Positions 57,582-64,000 of a DNA stretch of 64,000 bases are shown piece by piece. Positions within the stretch are counted from its first letter, which is position 1. Every line of letters begins with the position of its first letter. Location of the stretch: NCBI GenBank assembly GCA_019828565.1, contig JAHDYR010000069.1:62001-126000 (forward strand). Reading direction: 5' to 3'. Position numbers and translations under genes: made by a program. Below the pieces are notes generated by a model. The model did no database searches. It was given only the letters and a program-made list of their open reading frames with translations, and was not told the origin of the DNA. This stretch comes from Carpediemonas membranifera BICM (taxonomy: Eukaryota; Protista; Fornicata).

Positions 57582-60500
57582 TGTGAGCAGTTTAGGGTAC
57601 CAACTACACGTGCGAACCCTATAAACAGTTTGTTGTGAAACCTTTAACCTCGACAAGATCACAGTGTACACTCATCTAATGTCCGACTACATACCAAGAC
57701 CTTTCTTACTAACACTAGAAGAACAGGCGTTCACCAAGTTCCGATCGTCCTACCGTGCGTATCGAGCTCAACGCCTTGACGATCCTCTTCTCCATCCGAC
57801 TGCCCTGATGGATCCTACGCCTCTTCTTCTCATCACACGCCGTCTCAACGACAATCCGGCCGATCTTCCGGCGGATACTGTCTTGGACACAGTCTACCAA
57901 ACATTCTATAGCCCCCGCAGTAACGTTCAAGCACTAGCCAAGCTGAAGTCGCTGCGGTGCGCCCGAACGGGCCCCTTACCAACGCCTGCACAGCTTCTCA
58001 ACCATATCGAACGCTTCGAAACTATCCGGAGCTCGTTCACAGCCGACGTCACACCACCAGAGAAGCTAATGGTGAAGGCATACCTGCAGGCACTTCCAGA
58101 TCCTCTTGCGGAGCGTATCCGCATGGAGCAGCCAGATGACGTCGCAGAGGCGCAGGACCACGCCATTGATGAACTGGAGGAACTCCTTAACCTCCAGTCG
58201 CTCCTGCAGCCGGAACCGGCCCAGCCAGCTGGTAAGCGCCCGACTCCCGGCGCCGCCGCTGGGGCTAGACTACCCCAACGATCGTCTGCCCCTGCCACGG
58301 CTGTGGCCACACGGGCCACATCCGCCCCAACTGTCCCTATCAAGGACACAGAGATTTCTTCCGCTCTGGCGTGCGCAAGACTCCCATCCAGGGTCCGCCA
58401 GTCAAGCGCGAAAAGGCGAATCTGGCCGCCACTGATCACGACGGCCTCATCTGTCGCCAAGCCACTCTCTATGTTCCCATCAACGAGAGTACTGCCACAG
58501 AGGTCTGTGCAGTACTTGATACTGGTGCAACTATTGACCTCATCTCCCCCACGATAGCCGAATCATTTATCCAACGTGGCGCTCTTCCAGCCGTCGCTAA
58601 CGTTCGTTTGGATACCGCGAACGGTCCAGTTTTCATCAAGAGAGCTGTGTTCCTTGTCATGCTCATTGATGGCGTTCGCTCCATTCGGCCATTCTACATC
58701 CTCCCCTCTATGTCGGAGGATCTGATCCTCTCAAACTCCACTATCCAAGATCTCTCCCTCTCCTTGGCCCCAACGGCCGATGAGGAGACGATCGATGAGG
58801 ATCACGCACCCGTCACTCGCCTAGATGAAGGAGAGCAGCTCCCTGACGTAGGTTCAACCGCGTCTGCCCTCCCGCCAGCCATCAGAGCCGTCTATGATGA
58901 GTATGCCGAAGTCTTCACCAGCCGTCCCCACCCAGACGGAGCAGACGTTCCCCCTATGGAGATAGAGCTGCTTGAGGGCGCCACACCGGCTGCTCAACCG
59001 CCGCGTCGTCTATCCCCTGCAATCCAGCAGGAGGTTGATGACCAGGTGAACGAGCTCCTTGCTCAAGGAATCGTCCGCCCCTCACGCTCTCCCTGGGCTG
59101 CACCCGTCTTTACTGTCCCCAAAAAGGGCGGTGCCCGCCGCCTCGTCGTGGACTACCGTCAGGCGAATGATCGCATCAAGCAAGTCAGTTTCCCACTTGC
59201 ACACCAAGAAGAGCTGATGTCGCATCTCGCAGGCCAACGTTGCTTTGCGACGTTAGATCTCGTTAGTGGATACCACCAGATCCCACTGTCCGAACGTTCC
59301 ATTCCGATAACCGCGTTTTCAACTCCAACCGGCCTTTATGAGTATACGCGCGTTCCATTTGGCGTCAAAACGGCTCCTGCTACCTTCCAGGCCATCATGA
59401 CCCAATTGCTCTCCAAGTTTGTCGGAACTACGTGCGAGGTCTTCATAGACGACATCATCATTCACGCATCAACCACGGACGAACTAGCTACACGCCTAGC
59501 TGAGATCCTTGCCGTTCTCAAGGAACATCGCTTCGTCCTTCATCCCAGCAAGTGCTGTCTGTACGCTGAGCAGGTGGAATACCTCGGCCATATCATCTCC
59601 CCCGAGGGAATCCGCATGTCCCCCGCCCGGGTCAAGGCCGTTCAGGCCATGGCTCCTCCTAAGGACATCAAGACCACGCGGGCCTTCTGTGGAGCGATGA
59701 ATTATTTCCGTAGGTTCATCCCCAACCTCAGCTCGATCCTACAGCCACTATACGCCCTCACCTCTGGGAAGGTCCGGTGGAAATGGACAAAGGAGGCCCA
59801 GGCTGCTTTCGAAGAGAGCAAGAACCTCGCCGCCCACACGCCGTGTTTAGCCTTCCTGGACTACTCTGCCCCAATTATCGTTCGCACCGATGCTAGCGAC
59901 ATTGGCTGTGGAGGCGTGCTCCTCAACGTCAAGGATGGCGTTGAACACGTAGTCTCCTACTGTAGCCACGCATTCACCACCGCAGAGCGCAACTGGGCTG
60001 TCATCGAAAAGGAAGCCTTCGGCATCTTCTTCGCTGTTGTCGAGAAGTACTCCCCTATCTCCTCGGCCACTCGTTCGCCATACAGACAGACCACCGTAAC
60101 CTAGTTTATATGCGCCGTTCTACCACACCCAAGGTCGTCCGCTGGAACCTCAGACTCCAAGAGTTCGACTTTGTCGTTGAACACATCTCTGGCGTCTCCA
60201 ACACCCTCACTGATGGCATATCCAGGTGCTTCATCGTCCAACCCCCGAGAATGCCCCTACACTCCAGCGACTTATCATAGCCTCTGTCCACAATGCCGTC
60301 GAGGGACACCTCGGCCGAGAGGCTACACTCCGCCTCCTTAAGGAACGAAACCTTGACTTCCGTGGAATGAGCAACGCTGTCGCCGAGTATATCAAGGCTT
60401 GCCCGATATGTCAGAAGAACGCCAGACTTCCCAAGCGCCTTCAGACAGGCCTCCGCCCTACCATGGGCGTCACCCCACGCTCCTGCTGGGCGTTTGATAC

Positions 60501-61602
60501 GGTCGGGCCTTATCCTGCAGACTCCAACGGATGCCGCTACGTTATCACCTTCATTGACACCTTCACACGCTTCGTAGAGCTGGTCCCATGCAAGGATGCT
60601 TCTTCTGCAGAGGCCCTTCGCGCTCTTATCTCCGTCACGGGACGCTACGGTACTCCGTCTTCTTTCCGAAGTGATCGCGGTTCTCAGTACCTTGCCACCG
60701 CTTTCCAACAGCTCATTAAGCTCTTCGGCGCCCAACACGTTGTCTCTCTTCCATACCACCCCAGAGCCAACGGGCTCGTCGAAAGAGCTAACGCCGAGCT
60801 CTCACGACACCTACGTACCATCACTCAGGAGCTGCGCGACGTTAACAACTGGTCCCTTTACCTCCCAGTCGTCCAGCGGATCATGAACACCACGATATGT
60901 GCCACCACGGGCATTGCCCCCGCACAGCTCATGTTCGCTTCACAGAACGTCACCCCCTTCCTGTCGTCCGACGCCCACGTTGAGGAGGAGAAGAGTGAAT
61001 ACGGCCGCTTCTTTAGCCGTGTTCTCCAGGCCCAGCCCAAGCTCATTGAGACAGCACGCCAGCACCAAGAGAACGTCCTCTCGAAACGTCCGGCTTTCGG
61101 CGACGAGCCCCTTCCTATTGGCTCGAAGGTGCTAGTCACGCGCCCTTCGAAGCGCCCCACCAAGCTGTCTACTAAGCTCGTTGGCCCATACACGATCACT
61201 GACCGCGAGCACGACATCTACACCGTACACAACCCCACTGCCGGCGCCACCTTCCAGTATCACGGTTCCCGGCTCGTGGAGTACGACGACTCCCTGGCCT
61301 TCGATGACATCACCGTCGCCTCTCTTGATGACGACACCTACGAAGTCGAGGCCATCACTCGCCACCGCGGTGGCCCCACGAAGTCTACCCTCGAATTCCT
61401 CGTCGCCTGGGATGGCTACCCAGGCGCCGATGAGTGGCTCCCGTACCACGAGGTCCGCGACCTCGAAGCCCTCGACATTTATGCCGAGGCTCACCCGGAG
61501 CTGCACCTTTAGAGGGGAAGTGTGAGCAGTTTAGGGTACCAACTACACGTGCGAACCCTATAAACAGTTTGTTGTGAAACCTTTAACCTCGACAAGATCA
61601 CA
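57582..61602 (+). mobile_element. Gypsy-3: full-length chromodomain Ty3/Gypsy element with 82-bp LTRs
   Basis: Identical LTRs at 57582-57663 and 61521-61602, GCAT TSD, PPT AGAGGGGAAG, and palindrome AGTGTACACT at 57663-57672. Confidence 0.96.
57679..61512 (+). CDS. Gag-PR-RT-RNaseH-IN-chromodomain polyprotein, split by three -1 shifts
   Basis: LDTGAT, LDLVSGYHQ, FIDD, RTDAS, HHCC/DDE, GPY and FLVAWDGY. Shifts near 58350, 60055 and 60245, the last two in C runs. Confidence 0.88.
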
Positions 61603-61632
61603 GCATGACGAAAGTCTGAAATCCGTATATCG

Positions 61633-63021
61633 ATGGAAGGAAGCCCGCAGGAGATGGAAACAACCATGGAAGCTGTAAAGAATGCTTGGTTGTGCACCAT
61701 CAGCAAGAAATCTTCCCGGAAAGCGGCTGCAAACAACCTTTCGCGGTTCGTTCAATTCTTACAACGTGAGCGAGGGAGTACCGAGGACGAAGCGCTCTCC
61801 GTGATCCGATCCGAGGAGGTTAGATCGCTTGTGCCCGGTTTTGCTGCATCATTGAACAAGGCAACCGCTGCTGTCACTCTCAGTGCCGTCAACTCATTCC
61901 GAAACTCCGGCAGAGACAATGTCAAGCCGCTTGGGCAGTTTGAGCCTGTCGCATAGGAAGCTATTGTCCGACTAGTCTTCCCCTACAATGCGCTGGCTCT
62001 TATCATCAGCCACACGGGCATGACTGCCACATCAGCCCGCGATATTGATGTGAGCGAGCTCCAGATTCCCCCGGAACTCTCTGACTGGTTGCTATTCACC
62101 GGGGCACCATCTGCGATGTCCGCTGTGATGCCTAGCACCTTCTCGCAGGCTCTCAAGTCGGTCGGGCTGAGTGTTAACCAGCTTCGCTATGCGCCCACTG
62201 TGCATGTCGATCTCAATCAGCTCAAGAAGCGGGTGATTGAGACACAAAGACGGACTGGCAGGCCCAGGGATCCGATCAAGGTTCGTAAGGTCATTAAGGA
62301 CAAGCGCATCAGCCTGACCGATGAGCAGTTCAGGCATCAGTTGGCGTCCAGTCACTTAACGACCACGCGGCGCCCAACGATCCTCGATCTCAACCCGGAG
62401 ATCCGAAGCTCTGCTGACCTGGTGCCGCCGACGCTCGATGACTGGCTTTACAACAAGCTCAGGATTAGGATGGTCCAGCTCCACGACCAGCGTAAGCCCG
62501 AGGGGGGCGACACGGGGGAGGGTGAGTCTGACGATGAGGCGCTGTTTGACGAGACAGCTGGCGAGGCAGAGATGCCGGAGACCGCAGTGGAGGGCGAGTT
62601 TGACGATGAGGCCGGGTTGGAGATGCTGGAAGGAGAGTGGGAGGATGAGGAGAGTTCAGACAGCGATGCCGAGGATAGCCTCGTCGACAACCTGTCATTT
62701 GTTCAGTCACAACAGGTTGAGTGTGATATGTCTGAGAGAGATACCGATGAGGGTGTCCGTAGCGGGGCCAATGGAAGTGGGCTCGCTCCGCTCTATGACG
62801 CTATGAAGACCAGGGAGCCCAGCAGACGCATTCGCCTTCGCCGCTATCACGAGAGCGAGTCAGACTTGGGCAGCAGCAGCGACAGCGAGGACGGGATGCC
62901 GAAGCTGCCCGTTGAGGCCTTTGAGCACATCCGTGATGCCGGGATGACAACTGTGAGGCTGACGAGGGCCGAGTATGACGACCTGATGGAGAAGAGAGAG
63001 CAGGAAAAGCACCAGAAGTAA
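61633..63021 (+). CDS. Degenerate tyrosine-recombinase-like protein 2 with acidic C-terminus (single in-frame TAG at 61954-61956)
   Basis: Both ORFs share one frame. Motifs SSRKAAANNLSRFVQFL, LALIISHTGMTATSARDI (box I-like) and FSQALKSVGLSVNQLRY (HxLRH-like). Confidence 0.4.
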
Positions 63022-63646
63022 ATGGCGAGTGATTATCAACTGGATGCAGAGGCTGAGCGGCGTAACTAGCCTGCCAGGGTCCGTGTACACAGTATGTGTC
63101 TTGGCCAAGCTTGACTTCGTCGGTTGGCCGAAAAAGCATAAACTGCACGGGTCCAGGTCGGCAACCGTTGCCGACCTGGAAGCCGCTCCTTGGGCGTTGA
63201 AGAACAGAAGAGAAAGCGATCAGCGATGCTTTTATGCAGTATTAAGCAGGTTGTGCGCGTCAAATGTCCGGTAATGCATTCGTCACCATCTAATCAACAT
63301 CAACTCTTTTTCTCGGCAATGCAGAGGAGAATGCCCGTCACTAAAGGATGATTTGGTACTAACAGGCTTTAATAAGCATGTCAAGCCTGTGATCACGATA
63401 ACAGCCTTCAATAACTACATCAAGGCAATACATCAAGAAGATTGTTTAAAGAGACGGCGGGGAGCAAGATGCAGGGAGAGCGGCAGGGAAACGAAGGCAT
63501 GGGGACAGGAGCCCGAGAAGAGCGCCTGGAGAACGGTGAGGAAGAACGGCGGGGAAGAGCAGCCGGGCGCATGGGTACACACATCTGTCATCATGTGGCA
63601 TCAACATTGCCACAGTGGTCAACTCAATAACAAGCAATGTCTTCAT

Positions 63647-64000
63647 TTACTCACTGTTCTGGATCACCAATTCGTACGACGAGTAACAGTCGGGACAGAG
63701 CCGAATCTTGGGAATCGACTTGCCACAGATGACAATCTTCAGCAGCTCCATCTGTACGCAGTTGGCAGAGTTACAGAACCAGTGCCCGCACTGCCTACAG
63801 TGCACGGCTGAGTCGTTGCGTCGGCATGCGTAACACTTCTTCTCATTGAGGCAATAGCTACACGTGTATTTCCAGCGACCCTTAGTGGACTCGGCCCAGT
63901 TCTTGTTCTTTCCAGTCTTAGGCCGGGGAGGGACACAGCGTGAGTTGTCGTGGAAGTTCACTTTGCATTCCTGGCAAGTCACAAACTTTGACGTCACGCG
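63647..64000 (-). CDS. PHD-like plus second zinc-finger protein, 3' end only
   Basis: VTCQECKVNFHDNSRC...YTCSYC, then CYAC...HCRQCGHWFC...C...LCPDC. The ORF runs off the window edge. Confidence 0.6.
   Translation of the reverse strand, partial: RVTSKFVTCQECKVNFHDNSRCVPPRPKTGKNKNWAESTKGRWKYTCSYCLNEKKCYACRRNDSAVHCRQCGHWFCNSANCVQMELLKIVICGKSIPKIRLCPDCYSSYELVIQNSE

Larger units (their letters stand above)
57277..61631. repeat. 22-bp inverted repeat pair bracketing about 330 bp before the Gypsy-3 insertion (MITE-like or protein-binding sites)
   Basis: GATATACGGATTTCAGACTTTC at 57277-57298 with its reverse complement at 61610-61631. Internal partial copies near 57394 and 57425. Confidence 0.6.

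Noticed and set aside
58340-60250. Programmed ribosomal frameshifts in Gypsy-3
   Set aside because: Two shifts fall in C homopolymers inside or just after RNaseH, no slippery heptamer is evident at the gag-pol junction, and the related elements are single ORFs. Sequencing error or decay is more likely.
61954-61956. TAG reassignment or readthrough (alternative genetic code)
   Set aside because: Single instance. Host genes here end at TAG/TAA/TGA normally and have long ORFs under the standard code.
38300-64000. Polinton/virophage or Helitron identity for the accessory block
   Set aside because: No pPolB, capsid, packaging ATPase or Rep-helicase motifs were recognised in the window.

Overview
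Eukaryotic, compact, intron-poor protist-type genomic DNA with standard code and 28-32 nt GT-AG introns. The gene style suggests a metamonad/fornicate, but that is inference. The window has four zones. (1) 1-18.7 kb is a nested retroelement stack. Two APE-type non-LTR elements on the minus strand have 13- and 15-bp TSDs and pyrimidine-rich 3' tails, and the larger one carries two intact chromodomain Ty3/Gypsy insertions. (2) 18.8-37.1 kb holds housekeeping genes (AP-3 mu, eIF4B-like, TBC1D20-like, a repeat coiled-coil protein, FOP/CEP43-like, Vps33, ORMDL) plus two inverted RCC1-like paralogues. (3) 37.3-38.3 kb holds two nested, 3'-truncated LTR/gag stubs. (4) 38.3-64 kb is an accessory, mobile-looking block encoding degenerate tyrosine-recombinase-like, HEPN-like, SET, OTU-like and PHD/Zn-finger proteins, with a 9.2-kb array of ~1.1-kb repeats and a third Gypsy element. 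Main finding: all five LTR elements have very short LTRs (55-101 bp). In each, a perfect palindrome of family-specific sequence (10-14 bp) overlaps the LTR's terminal A where a tRNA primer-binding site should be, suggesting a tRNA-independent, palindrome-based priming system. Many frameshifts fall in homopolymers and may be assembly errors.
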